Shown here piece after piece: positions 18,591 to 27,258 of a DNA stretch of 50,814 nucleotides. Location of the stretch: assembly GCA_937858655.1 (NCBI GenBank), contig CALLZE010000194.1, forward strand, positions 1 through 50,814, written 5' to 3'. The notes beneath the pieces were generated by a model. The model saw only the letters and a program-made list of their open reading frames with translations. It made no database searches and had not been told where the DNA came from. Within the stretch, counting starts at the first letter, position 1. Each line of letters starts with the position of its first letter. This stretch comes from an uncultured Coriobacteriales bacterium. GTDB lineage: Bacteria > Actinomycetota > Coriobacteriia > WRKU01 > JAENWW01. Both the position numbers and the translations under genes were made by a program.

Positions 18591-18887
18591 CTATTCTGAA
18601 TCTCTTATGTCTTGCTCAATATCCTCGAGAGTAACCTCTTCGAGATTTTCTAGGTCGTCTGCATCATCCTCGGTGTCGCTTGACTCATCTTGAACTTCAC
18701 CATTTTCGGGGAGCAAGGCATCCCAGTCAGCCTGGTCAATAAGTTCAGTGCACTGATTCGCAAGGCGCACGCCTTCTTCAAGTAAATCGAGACTCTTCTC
18801 AAGAGAGATATCTTTTTTACGCACCTCGTCTACGAGGACGTCAAGACGCTCTTTGGCCTCGGCATATGAAAAAGTCTCTTGTGCCAT
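18591..18887 (-). CDS. xseB: Exodeoxyribonuclease VII small subunit with acidic C-terminal extension
   Basis: FSYAEAKERLDVLVDEVRKKDISLEKSLDLLEEGVRLANQCTELI is the XseB helical hairpin. The last ~40 aa are strongly acidic (DESSDTEDDADDLENLEE...). The start overlaps the nusB stop (TAATG). Confidence 0.85.
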   Translation of the reverse strand: MAQETFSYAEAKERLDVLVDEVRKKDISLEKSLDLLEEGVRLANQCTELIDQADWDALLPENGEVQDESSDTEDDADDLENLEEVTLEDIEQDIRDSE

Positions 18888-19648
18888 TACTCTTCAGCTC
18901 CCTGCTCCTGCTGCCCGCGTTCACGAGCAACCTTGCCAAGAATACCGTTAATAAACTTTGAAGAATCCTCGCCGCCATATTCTTTTGCAATACGAACGGC
19001 TTCATTGATTGCTACCGAGGTAGGAATGTCATCATTATAGAGAAGCTCCCACACCGCCATACGCAGAATCGTGCGATCGACCAAAGGCATGCGGCTGAGC
19101 GACCAATTTTCAGACGTCTGCTGCAAAATCTCGTCAATCTCCACCAGATGGTCCTCGACACCATAGCTCAACAAAGTGGCATAGGCATCAGGTGCACCCT
19201 CAAAACTTTCATAAAACTTGCGATACTCGCATGAAGCATAGTGCGCGCAGCGACAACGGTTCTTTGACCAATCGCCATCCTGATAAGGATACCCTTTTGG
19301 AGGACATTCCTTATGATCCATGTAAAAACGGCGACAGCGACACGTTGTCGCGCGACGGCAAGCCGCCCTTTTCTCAGTCGGCTGGAGCGACTCGTGAGGG
19401 CACTCGTAGTCAAGCGGCCACTCACCGAACTGCTCAAAATACTTATAAGGAGTGCATTCATCCATATAAGGACACTGGCACTCGTCGCGCATTGAGTTTT
19501 CAATTTCGTAATCGCCATGCTGTATTATTTTTGACAGCGGTTCACAAACAATTTCGCGTTGATACAGCAAACGAAGCGCGTAAATACGTGCATGCGCGCG
19601 AGGATTTTGCTCGGTGCGAGCTTTTTTATTAGTACTATGTGATTCCAT
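18887..19648 (-). CDS. nusB: Transcription antitermination factor NusB with a ~105-aa Cys-rich insertion
   Basis: ARIYALRLLYQ at the N-terminus and NWSLSRMPLVDRTILRMAVWELLY..DIP..VAINEAVRIAKEYGGEDSSKFINGILGKV at the C-terminus are canonical NusB. I place the start at MESHSTNKK (19648), because the asp23 stop is at 19659-19661. The track ORF starts at 19675. Confidence 0.85.
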   Translation of the reverse strand: MESHSTNKKARTEQNPRAHARIYALRLLYQREIVCEPLSKIIQHGDYEIENSMRDECQCPYMDECTPYKYFEQFGEWPLDYECPHESLQPTEKRAACRRATTCRCRRFYMDHKECPPKGYPYQDGDWSKNRCRCAHYASCEYRKFYESFEGAPDAYATLLSYGVEDHLVEIDEILQQTSENWSLSRMPLVDRTILRMAVWELLYNDDIPTSVAINEAVRIAKEYGGEDSSKFINGILGKVARERGQQEQGAEE

Positions 19649-19658
19649 GAATTCTTCT

Positions 19659-19988
19659 CTACTCTGCAAAAACAAGGGAGTCGATGAAGATGTCGATATG
19701 TACAGGGGTTACCCCAAGCTGCACTGAAAGCGCATCCGCAATTCCATTCTGAATTGCTTCACCTAACTCGCGCAATTTTGCGCCAAAAAATACCTGAACG
19801 TGAACAGAAATTTCGAGTTGTCCCTGCTCATTAGTTGTGATTTCTATACCGCGGCCACCCTGCGCTTTACGAAGCGTGGGAGCATAAATTGACGCAACAC
19901 CCTCAACACTGGTCGTTGCGATGCTTACGATAGTAGTAATAACATTGGGGGCTACGGTGAGCCCATCAAGAACTAATTTATCTGCCAT
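19659..19988 (-). CDS. Asp23/Gls24-family envelope stress protein
   Basis: LTVAPNVITTIVSIATTSVEGVASI...VHVQVFFGAKLRELGEAIQNGIADAL is typical Asp23. It sits immediately upstream of nusB, like yqhY in Bacillus. Confidence 0.85.
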   Translation of the reverse strand: MADKLVLDGLTVAPNVITTIVSIATTSVEGVASIYAPTLRKAQGGRGIEITTNEQGQLEISVHVQVFFGAKLRELGEAIQNGIADALSVQLGVTPVHIDIFIDSLVFAE

Positions 19989-20016
19989 GATGTTTCTCCT
20001 AACAGTCTTTTCTATT

Positions 20017-21375
20017 CTACTCTATTGAGGAGTCATTCATCTGCGTTTCGATAAAATCAGTGTAAACTTCTCCGCGCCTAAACGCTTCGTTTTCAAGGAC
20101 CGCTCGATGAAAAGGAACCGTTGTAGGGATTCCTTCGATAACAAGCTCACTCAACGCACGTTTCCCGCGAGCAATCGCTTCGTCTCGCGTAGCGCCCCAA
20201 ACAATGAGTTTTGCGAGAAGCGAATCATACGTAGGAGGTACTTTATAACCGTTATAAAGATGCGTGTCAACTCTCACACCAAAACCACCCGGAAGGTTCA
20301 TATTCTTTATCGTACCCGGGCAGGGCATAAAATTGCGCGCAGGATCTTCGGCATTAATGCGAAATTCGATTGCGTGCGCAAGCACCTTCAAATCTTCTTG
20401 ACGCGTAATGGTGAGAGGAAGGCCTGAAGCGACACGAATCTGTTCTTTAATAATATCAACGCCCGATATTTGCTCACTCACAGGATGTTCAACCTGCACA
20501 CGAGTATTCATTTCCATGAAATAAAACTTACCATCGGTGTCAAACAAAAACTCAATAGTGCCCGCACCCTCATAGTTGACCGCGCGCGCCAAGGCCACGG
20601 CCGCCTCACCCATCTGAGCTCGCGTTGCTTCATCGAGTGCAGGCGAAGGAGCTTCCTCGAGGAGTTTTTGATGGCGACGCTGAATTGAGCAATCGCGCTC
20701 AAAAAGGTACAGCGCATGACCGAACGTATCGGTCAGAAGCTGAATCTCAACATGCCGAGGACGGAGCAGATAGCGTTCGAGATAAACTTCATCGTTGCCG
20801 AATGCTGCGCCTGCCTCCGTTTTGGCCGCGACGAATTGCTTTGCCAAATCTTCCTCGTCAGTAGCAACGCGCATACCCTTGCCGCCACCACCTGCCGATG
20901 CTTTAACGAGCACTGGAAAGCCTACTTTGCGCGCAAACGTGAGTGCCTCTTCAATAGAGTCAATCGTTCCATCTGAGCCCGGCACAACAGGAACGCCAGC
21001 CGCAATCGCGCTGGCTCGAGCCTGCGCCTTGTTGCCCATTGAATCAATGGCATCAGCGCTTGGTCCGATAAACTTTATGCCCTCTTCCTTGCACTTACGC
21101 GCGAAATCGGCGTTCTCAGCCAAAAAGCCATAGCCAGGGTGAATGGCCTGCGCGCCCGTATTGAGCGCTGCCATAATAATGTTAGCCTGCACAAGATACG
21201 AGCTCATGGAAGGCGCTGGTCCAACGCACACTGCTTCATCAGCGAGACGAACGTGAAGCGCGTCTTTATCAGCCTCTGAATAAACAGCAACCGTTTTGAC
21301 ACCGAGCTCTTGAGCTGCGCGAATGATACGAACCGCAATCTCACCACGGTTAGCAATAAGGATTTTTTCTATCAT
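20017..21375 (-). CDS. accC: Biotin carboxylase (AccC-type); by context probably the PycA subunit of a two-subunit pyruvate carboxylase
   Basis: MIEKILIANRGEIAVRIIRA, an ATP-grasp (GGGGKGMR) and EMNTRVQVEHPVSE. Length is 452 aa. The gene upstream is a 5S carboxyltransferase-BCCP fusion rather than accB. Confidence 0.9.
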   Translation of the reverse strand: MIEKILIANRGEIAVRIIRAAQELGVKTVAVYSEADKDALHVRLADEAVCVGPAPSMSSYLVQANIIMAALNTGAQAIHPGYGFLAENADFARKCKEEGIKFIGPSADAIDSMGNKAQARASAIAAGVPVVPGSDGTIDSIEEALTFARKVGFPVLVKASAGGGGKGMRVATDEEDLAKQFVAAKTEAGAAFGNDEVYLERYLLRPRHVEIQLLTDTFGHALYLFERDCSIQRRHQKLLEEAPSPALDEATRAQMGEAAVALARAVNYEGAGTIEFLFDTDGKFYFMEMNTRVQVEHPVSEQISGVDIIKEQIRVASGLPLTITRQEDLKVLAHAIEFRINAEDPARNFMPCPGTIKNMNLPGGFGVRVDTHLYNGYKVPPTYDSLLAKLIVWGATRDEAIARGKRALSELVIEGIPTTVPFHRAVLENEAFRRGEVYTDFIETQMNDSSIE

Positions 21376-21387
21376 GAATTAGCTTTC

Positions 21388-23235
21388 CTACTCGTAGTAG
21401 AACAATACCGTACCGTACTCGACAGCTTCACCGTTGCTCACGGGAATCTCTTTAATGACGCCCATCTCAGGCATCTCAATTTCGTTCATTAGTTTCATTG
21501 CCTCTACAATACAGAGGGCATTACCCGCCTCAACGCAATCGCCTACCGAACAGTACACCGGCGCCTCAGGAGACGGCGAAGCATAGAACGTGCCAACCAT
21601 TGGAGCAATAACCGTTTTCCACGTGCTTGGGCGGCTTGACTCAGGCGCGCCCACATGTGAAGCGGGGCTTGCAAAAGCAGCCTCGGGCGCAGATTGTGTT
21701 ACTACTGGCGCAGTTGGGATTGGTGAAGCGCTTGGCTTGCGAAGAGTAATCTTAGTATCTCCCTCTTCAATAACAACCTCGGCTACATCACTTGTTTCTA
21801 GCGTGCGAATTAAGTCGCGAATCTGTCCTACGTCCACAGCTTCTTCCTCTCGTGAAATCTGGCCCTCAGTTCCCATCATAAAGACGGCACTCTCAGCACC
21901 CTTTTGGTGATTCTCCAAATACGTACGTGCCTCATTGGGGAACAAGGCATACATCAATACATCCTCCTCGCTATGCGCAAGGTCGCCAATCTCTTCGGCG
22001 AAGTCATCAAACGTTTGCGTAGCAAGTGAGCCGGGGCGAACCGATGGATCAAGTGGCACAATGTCACCGAGCACCTGCTGATAAATTTCTTTGTTGACGG
22101 GGCCAGGAGCTTGTCCATAAAGCCCGCGCAAGTAATCCTTCATTTCTTGAGGAACAATCGACCAACGCTTACCCGTCAGCACATTAAGTACCGCCTGAGT
22201 TCCAACGATTTGTGACATTGGCGTAACAAGTGGAGGATAGCCCACCTCAGCGCGAACTTTAGGAATCTCATTGAGTACGTCGTCGAGACGGTCAAGAGCC
22301 TTTTGTTGTTCAAGCTGGCTCACCAAGTTCGACATCATGCCGCCAGGAACTTGGTGCGAAAATACTTCCATTGAGAGTAGCGAAGTGAAGCCGCGCTTAA
22401 CGTTTTTCTTCTCGCGCACGTCTTCCCAATAATGCGCAATCTCAAAGAGCAAATCGAGGTCAAGGCCTGTATCATAAGGGCTTTCTTTGAGAGCAGCCAC
22501 CAGCATCTCACCAGCTGGCTGGCTGTTGCCAAACGCAAGAGAAACAACGGCCGTATCAATAATTGACGCGCCCGCTTCAACTCCCTTGAGGTAATTCATA
22601 GGAGCCATACCACCGATGTAGTGGCAGTGCAGGTGAATAGGTAAATCGACCTCTTCTTTGATGGCGGCTACCATGCGCTCTGCCCTGAAGGGGGTCAGCA
22701 TACCCGCCATATCTTTAATACAAATCGTATCGGCGCCTAAATCTCTGAGAGCAAGCGCATACTCGATATATGAGTCGATAGTATGAACAGGAGAAATCGT
22801 ATAGCTAATCGCGCCCTCAAAATGTCCACCGCAGTCTTTAATAGCACGTGCCGAAGCTTCAATGTTGCGAATATCATTAAGCGCGTCAAACACGCGAAAT
22901 ACATGCACGCCATTGCGCTTTGAGGCTGCGGTGAAACGATTAACAATGTCATCTGAATAATGGTGATAGCCCACGAGGTTTTGGCCACGAGTCAGCATTT
23001 GAAGAGGAGTTTTTGGGCAGTGCTTTTTGATGGTGCGGAGACGTTCCCAAGGGTTTTCGTCAAGGAAGCGTAAACAGGTATCGAAGGTGGCGCCACCCCA
23101 CGCCTCCAGCGACCAGTAGCCAACCGAGTCCATCTTCGACAAAATGGGAAGCATGTCCCCAATTTCCATGCGAGTGGCCCACAGTGATTGGTGAGCGTCG
23201 CGAAGTGTGGTATCGGTGATGTGGACTGGCTGCAT
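21388..23235 (-). CDS. Pyruvate carboxylase subunit B / oxaloacetate decarboxylase alpha-type carboxyltransferase with C-terminal biotinyl domain
   Basis: ITDTTLRDAHQSL (HMGL-like TIM barrel), the PYC_OADA region, a Pro/Ala/Ser linker, then the biotinylation motif IVEAMKLMNEI. No membrane beta/gamma (Na+ pump) genes are adjacent, which favours PycB over OadA. Confidence 0.8.
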   Translation of the reverse strand: MQPVHITDTTLRDAHQSLWATRMEIGDMLPILSKMDSVGYWSLEAWGGATFDTCLRFLDENPWERLRTIKKHCPKTPLQMLTRGQNLVGYHHYSDDIVNRFTAASKRNGVHVFRVFDALNDIRNIEASARAIKDCGGHFEGAISYTISPVHTIDSYIEYALALRDLGADTICIKDMAGMLTPFRAERMVAAIKEEVDLPIHLHCHYIGGMAPMNYLKGVEAGASIIDTAVVSLAFGNSQPAGEMLVAALKESPYDTGLDLDLLFEIAHYWEDVREKKNVKRGFTSLLSMEVFSHQVPGGMMSNLVSQLEQQKALDRLDDVLNEIPKVRAEVGYPPLVTPMSQIVGTQAVLNVLTGKRWSIVPQEMKDYLRGLYGQAPGPVNKEIYQQVLGDIVPLDPSVRPGSLATQTFDDFAEEIGDLAHSEEDVLMYALFPNEARTYLENHQKGAESAVFMMGTEGQISREEEAVDVGQIRDLIRTLETSDVAEVVIEEGDTKITLRKPSASPIPTAPVVTQSAPEAAFASPASHVGAPESSRPSTWKTVIAPMVGTFYASPSPEAPVYCSVGDCVEAGNALCIVEAMKLMNEIEMPEMGVIKEIPVSNGEAVEYGTVLFYYE

Positions 23236-23282
23236 AGCTTCTCCTCGATAAAACTAAATATGTCAAAATTCTTTAAAAGTAT

Positions 23283-23317
23283 ATTATACCTTACATACAC
23301 TTTACTTTACTAAAGTA
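23283..23317 (-). promoter_or_regulatory. Candidate promoter (-10 TATAAT) with a 15-bp perfect palindrome over the -35 region, upstream of the carboxylase operon
   Basis: The minus strand reads ...TACTTTAGTAAAGTAaagtgtatgtaaggTATAATat. The palindrome TACTTTA-N-TAAAGTA is at 23303-23317 and TATAAT at 23288-23283. There is no good -35 hexamer. Confidence 0.35.
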
Positions 23318-23341
23318 TCTCCACTCACCGGAAAAATATTG

Positions 23342-23374
23342 AAAAAAAGCCCGAAGCTTAAGCTCCGGGCTTTT
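23342..23374 (-). terminator. Rho-independent terminator of efp
   Basis: The minus strand reads GCCCGGAGC-TTAA-GCTTCGGGC followed by TTTTTTT, 20 nt after the efp stop. Confidence 0.8.
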
Positions 23375-23394
23375 GCACTTCGCGTGATACAAAT

Positions 23395-23955
23395 CTATAC
23401 GCGTGTTACGTAGCGCCCGTCGCGTGTGTCGATTTTAAGCTTGTCTCCGATGTTGACAAACATAGGAACCTGAACAACGGCACCTGTCTCAAGCGTAGCA
23501 GGCTTATTGCCGCCCTGAACCGTATCGCCTTTAAAGCCAGGCTCAGTCTCGGTAACCTCAAGTTCAACGAACATAGGAGGCTCAACGCCGATGTAGTCAC
23601 CATCAGCAGTGAGAATTTGAACTTCATCGTTCTCCTGAAGCCATTGACGCGCATCGCCTACAAAATCACCGTCGAGTTCAACCTGATCATATGATGTTGT
23701 GTCCATGAAATAGTAGGTACCGCCATCGTTATAGAGGTACTGCATCGTCTTGTTCTCAACGCGTACATCATCAAACTTCTCACCTGCACGGAACGTATAT
23801 TCAACAACACGGCCTGACTCAAGTTCTTTAAGCTTAGTACGCACAAATGCCGCACCCTTACCTGGCTTAACGTGCTGGAACTCAATAATGACCCAGCGCT
23901 TGCCATCGTGCATAATGCACATACCGTTTTTAAAGTTTGCCGTTGTGATTGCCAC
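23395..23955 (-). CDS. efp: Elongation factor P
   Basis: FKNGMCIMHDGKRWVIIEFQHVKPGKGAAFVRTKLK, including the conserved KPGKG loop. Length is 186 aa. Confidence 0.97.
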   Translation of the reverse strand: MAITTANFKNGMCIMHDGKRWVIIEFQHVKPGKGAAFVRTKLKELESGRVVEYTFRAGEKFDDVRVENKTMQYLYNDGGTYYFMDTTSYDQVELDGDFVGDARQWLQENDEVQILTADGDYIGVEPPMFVELEVTETEPGFKGDTVQGGNKPATLETGAVVQVPMFVNIGDKLKIDTRDGRYVTRV

Positions 23956-23979
23956 GGTGTTGCCTTTCTCGTATTAATA

Positions 23980-25074
23980 CTATCCAACAAAAACGAGTTC
24001 GTGCGGAGATTGCGTAAAGATGCGCGCCCCGCCCTCTCGTACTTCTACTAGGTCTTCTATTCTAACACCACAGTCACCGGCGAGATAAATGCCTGGCTCT
24101 ATAGTGATAATATCTCCAGCCTTAAGCACGTCTACCGATCGAGGTGATGCATTAGGTCCTTCATGAATATCAAGACCAACGCCATGCCCTAAACCATGTC
24201 CAAAGAACTTACCAAAACCGGCATCCTCAATAACTTGACGAGCAGCACTATCGACATCCTTGCCCGAAACGCCTGCCTGTACCGCTGCGCTACCTGCCGC
24301 GTTCGCCGCAAAAACGGTATCGTAAATCTTCTTTTTCTCATCGGAAATTTCAATCACGGCAACCGTGCGTGTCATGTCTGACTTGTAGCCCGCCACTTCG
24401 GCACCAAAATCCATCGTAATGAAATCTCCCCGACACGCTTTACGATCCCCTGGAACACAGTGTGGCAGTGAACCGTTAGGGCCGCTCGCTACAATGGTTT
24501 CAAAGGCAATACGATCAGCGCCAAGGCGTTTCATTGCATACTCAAGTTCAACCGCAATCTCGCGCTCGGTCATGCCTTCTTTGATAAATGAACAGATATG
24601 AGCAAAAGCCTTATCAGTAACCGCCTGCGCGGCAGCGATACGCTCAATCTCCTCATCACTCTTTTGATAGCGGATCTTTTCTACCCATCCGTCAGCAACA
24701 ACAAGCTCAACAGGGCTGCACTTTTTCTCATACGCGCAGAAAGCTCTGTGAGAGATTCCGCCTTCGATGGCGCACGCCTTTTCACCAAGATCCTTAATAT
24801 TGTGCGCAACTTCATCAGCAAGCACGGCTGTTGTGCAAATTACCTCGTACTCGCTCGTAGCAGCTTGCTTTGTCGCGACCTCAATGTAGCGACTATCGGT
24901 CAAAAAGAACGCCTTATCTGGCGTAATAATGACCGCATGAGGGTCTTCTTCATCGTGAATCCCATCGAAACCAGTCGCATAATCAACATTGCTTGAATGA
25001 GTAATCAAGAAAACTTTGACGCCTTCTGCCGCCATTTTTTCCCGAATTTTTTTGATGCGCAAAGATGAATCCAT
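23980..25074 (-). CDS. M24B-family Xaa-Pro aminopeptidase/dipeptidase
   Basis: A creatinase-like N-domain plus the pita-bread domain, with metal ligands in DFGAEVAGYKSDMTRT, HGLGHGVGLDIHE and TIEPGIY...RIED. It sits in the conserved position between aroQ and efp. Confidence 0.9.
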   Translation of the reverse strand: MDSSLRIKKIREKMAAEGVKVFLITHSSNVDYATGFDGIHDEEDPHAVIITPDKAFFLTDSRYIEVATKQAATSEYEVICTTAVLADEVAHNIKDLGEKACAIEGGISHRAFCAYEKKCSPVELVVADGWVEKIRYQKSDEEIERIAAAQAVTDKAFAHICSFIKEGMTEREIAVELEYAMKRLGADRIAFETIVASGPNGSLPHCVPGDRKACRGDFITMDFGAEVAGYKSDMTRTVAVIEISDEKKKIYDTVFAANAAGSAAVQAGVSGKDVDSAARQVIEDAGFGKFFGHGLGHGVGLDIHEGPNASPRSVDVLKAGDIITIEPGIYLAGDCGVRIEDLVEVREGGARIFTQSPHELVFVG

Positions 25075-25532
25075 TAGTCCACTTCCCTTTCTACCAAATC
25101 TTGCAAAAAGCTCATCGCTTTTTTATAACTTTCGATCCCCTCACCAAAATACTGCGCTCTACACGCGGGAGCCGTCACGCTCGTTGCGCGAAATGCCTCT
25201 CGTCCGTTAATGTCGGAGAGGTGAACCTCCACAACAGGAACATCTATTGCTCGAATGGCATCATAAATTGCATAGGAGTAGTGTGTGAGCGCTCCTGGAT
25301 TAATGATGACACCATCGTACTCACGCGACGCTTCATGGAGCGCATCAATGAGGTCCCCCTCGTGATTAGACTGATAGAGGTCAACGTCTCTTTGGCTCAC
25401 ATCACAAATCGTCTGGGCAATTCTATCTTCGGTGAGCGTCCCATAAATATCTGGCTCTCGCTCTCCTAGCAAATTGAGATTGGGCCCATGGATAATAAGA
25501 TAGCGATACTCATTGCTTGATTTGCTCCCCAT
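25074..25532 (-). CDS. aroQ: Type II 3-dehydroquinate dehydratase
   Basis: YLIIHGPNLNLLGEREPDIYG, SNHEGDLID, NPGALTHYS and EVHLSD are the AroQ signature blocks. Confidence 0.95.
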   Translation of the reverse strand: MGSKSSNEYRYLIIHGPNLNLLGEREPDIYGTLTEDRIAQTICDVSQRDVDLYQSNHEGDLIDALHEASREYDGVIINPGALTHYSYAIYDAIRAIDVPVVEVHLSDINGREAFRATSVTAPACRAQYFGEGIESYKKAMSFLQDLVEREVD

Positions 25533-25535
25533 GGT

Positions 25536-26699
25536 TTACGCCTCTTTCGGTTGGTGTGCCCACGCATTGAGATGGTCATACATCGTTGTTTCGTCAATAG
25601 TCACGCACTGCCATGTTCCCGGAGTGGTCACGAGCACCATGCGCACCGCGCCTGAACGAACCTTTTTATCATTGCGCATAGCCTCCATCATCGTCGCTGA
25701 ATCAGCGGGAGATGGCATTGGTGCAATGCCAAATACATCAAGCAATTGGTCTTGCTTGCGTACAAATTCGAGGTCGGCGCCAAGCACCTGAGCACTCACA
25801 CGCGCCGCAAAGCGCATGCCCTGAGCGATAGCTGCGCCATGAGAAACGGCACCATATCCAAGGACTTTCTCAATAGCATGACCAAGCGTATGCCCATAGT
25901 TGAGACATTCACGAGCATCGAAATCGTGCTCGTCTTGAGCAACGACAGATGCTTTAAACGCAATACAACGCGTCACCATCTCGCGCACAACCGCGGCTTC
26001 ACGGTTACGAATACCTTCTGCATGTTCTAAGAGAAAGTCTACAAAATCATCGCCCTCAAGAAGGGCGGTTTTGCACACCTCAGCGAGACCACACACATAT
26101 TCGCTTTCAGGGAGCGTGGCGAGCGTGTCGCTATCCATCAGTATCGCGACGGGCTGCTTAAACGCTCCCGCAAGGTTCTTGCCCGCCTCTAAGTCAACAC
26201 CAGTTTTCCCACCGACAGAAGCATCGACCATACTCAGAAGCGATGTGGAAATCTGAGCGAAATGCACGCCACGCTGATACACCGAGGCAACAAATCCCGC
26301 CAAATCTGAAATCACACCACCACCCAGTGACACAATGAGATCTCTGCGTTCAACATGATTTTGGGCAAAAGCCTCAAGAAGTTGACCGGCCGTATTCCAG
26401 TTTTTGACCGTTTCCCCTGCGGTGACCGTAAGCGCGACCACTTCGAAACCGGCCGAAATAAACATCGATTCATAGAGCACGCCAAAAAGTTCTGCCGTAT
26501 TTTCGTCAGCAATTATGACAACACGACTCGCCTCATAGTGCTCTTTGAGGAAATTGACAAAATACGCGGGGGCATTTTCTCCCCAGAATATTGGATAGAA
26601 TGCGCTTGAAAGCTCAACATCAAGCCTGAGCGTTGTAGCGTCTAAATTAGTGCTCTCGCAAGAACTCATAACCAGCCTCCTTGAGCCGCTCGACAACAA
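25536..26699 (-). CDS. aroB: 3-dehydroquinate synthase
   Basis: GGGVISDLAGFVAS, GGKTGVDL, and NYGHTLGHAIE...HGAAIA metal ligands. The real start may be the internal Met at 26669, because the track ORF overlaps aroK by 53 nt. Confidence 0.93.
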   Translation of the reverse strand: MLSSGSRRLVMSSCESTNLDATTLRLDVELSSAFYPIFWGENAPAYFVNFLKEHYEASRVVIIADENTAELFGVLYESMFISAGFEVVALTVTAGETVKNWNTAGQLLEAFAQNHVERRDLIVSLGGGVISDLAGFVASVYQRGVHFAQISTSLLSMVDASVGGKTGVDLEAGKNLAGAFKQPVAILMDSDTLATLPESEYVCGLAEVCKTALLEGDDFVDFLLEHAEGIRNREAAVVREMVTRCIAFKASVVAQDEHDFDARECLNYGHTLGHAIEKVLGYGAVSHGAAIAQGMRFAARVSAQVLGADLEFVRKQDQLLDVFGIAPMPSPADSATMMEAMRNDKKVRSGAVRMVLVTTPGTWQCVTIDETTMYDHLNAWAHQPKEA

Positions 26700-27258
26700 C
26701 CCGTTCCACTTCTTCGGGGGTTCTGCGGTCAGTCGTCACGTAGACGTCCCCTGCTGCTTCCATGAGACCGATACGCGCCTCCATGAGCGCAAAAATAGCA
26801 TCAGTACAGCCAGCCCGTGCCAAAAGTGGACGCGAAGCATAGTCATCAAAACGAGCTAATGCCTGCTCAAGCTGAATAGTAAGGTAAACAACATATGCTT
26901 TCTTTTCTAAAAGAACCCGATTTTCTGGTTGCGTTATCACGCCTCCGCCGCACGCCACAATACTGGGCTGCGTAGATTCAAAAGCGCGCGCAAGAACTTC
27001 AGTCTCGCGATTGCGAAAATAGGTTTCACCCTTTTTCTCAAAAATATCGGAGATACTCATACCTTCTTCTTTTTCAATTTCGGCATCCGTATCAACAAGA
27101 ATCAGGCCAAAGTCACGCGCAATGAGCTGCGCTACAGTAGATTTTCCAGCACCCATAAACCCAATAAGCGCGACGTGAATCTTTGGGGCTTCTCCCTGGG
27201 AGGAGCCCACCGCTTTGAATTGCGTAGTGTTTTCGAGGTCTGGTACACCGATGGTCAT
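26647..27258 (-). CDS. aroK: Shikimate kinase
   Basis: Walker A LIGFMGAGKSTV, DTD, FRNRETEVL and GGGV blocks. It has a ~25-aa N-terminal extension. Confidence 0.9.
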   Translation of the reverse strand: MTIGVPDLENTTQFKAVGSSQGEAPKIHVALIGFMGAGKSTVAQLIARDFGLILVDTDAEIEKEEGMSISDIFEKKGETYFRNRETEVLARAFESTQPSIVACGGGVITQPENRVLLEKKAYVVYLTIQLEQALARFDDYASRPLLARAGCTDAIFALMEARIGLMEAAGDVYVTTDRRTPEEVERVVVERLKEAGYEFLREH

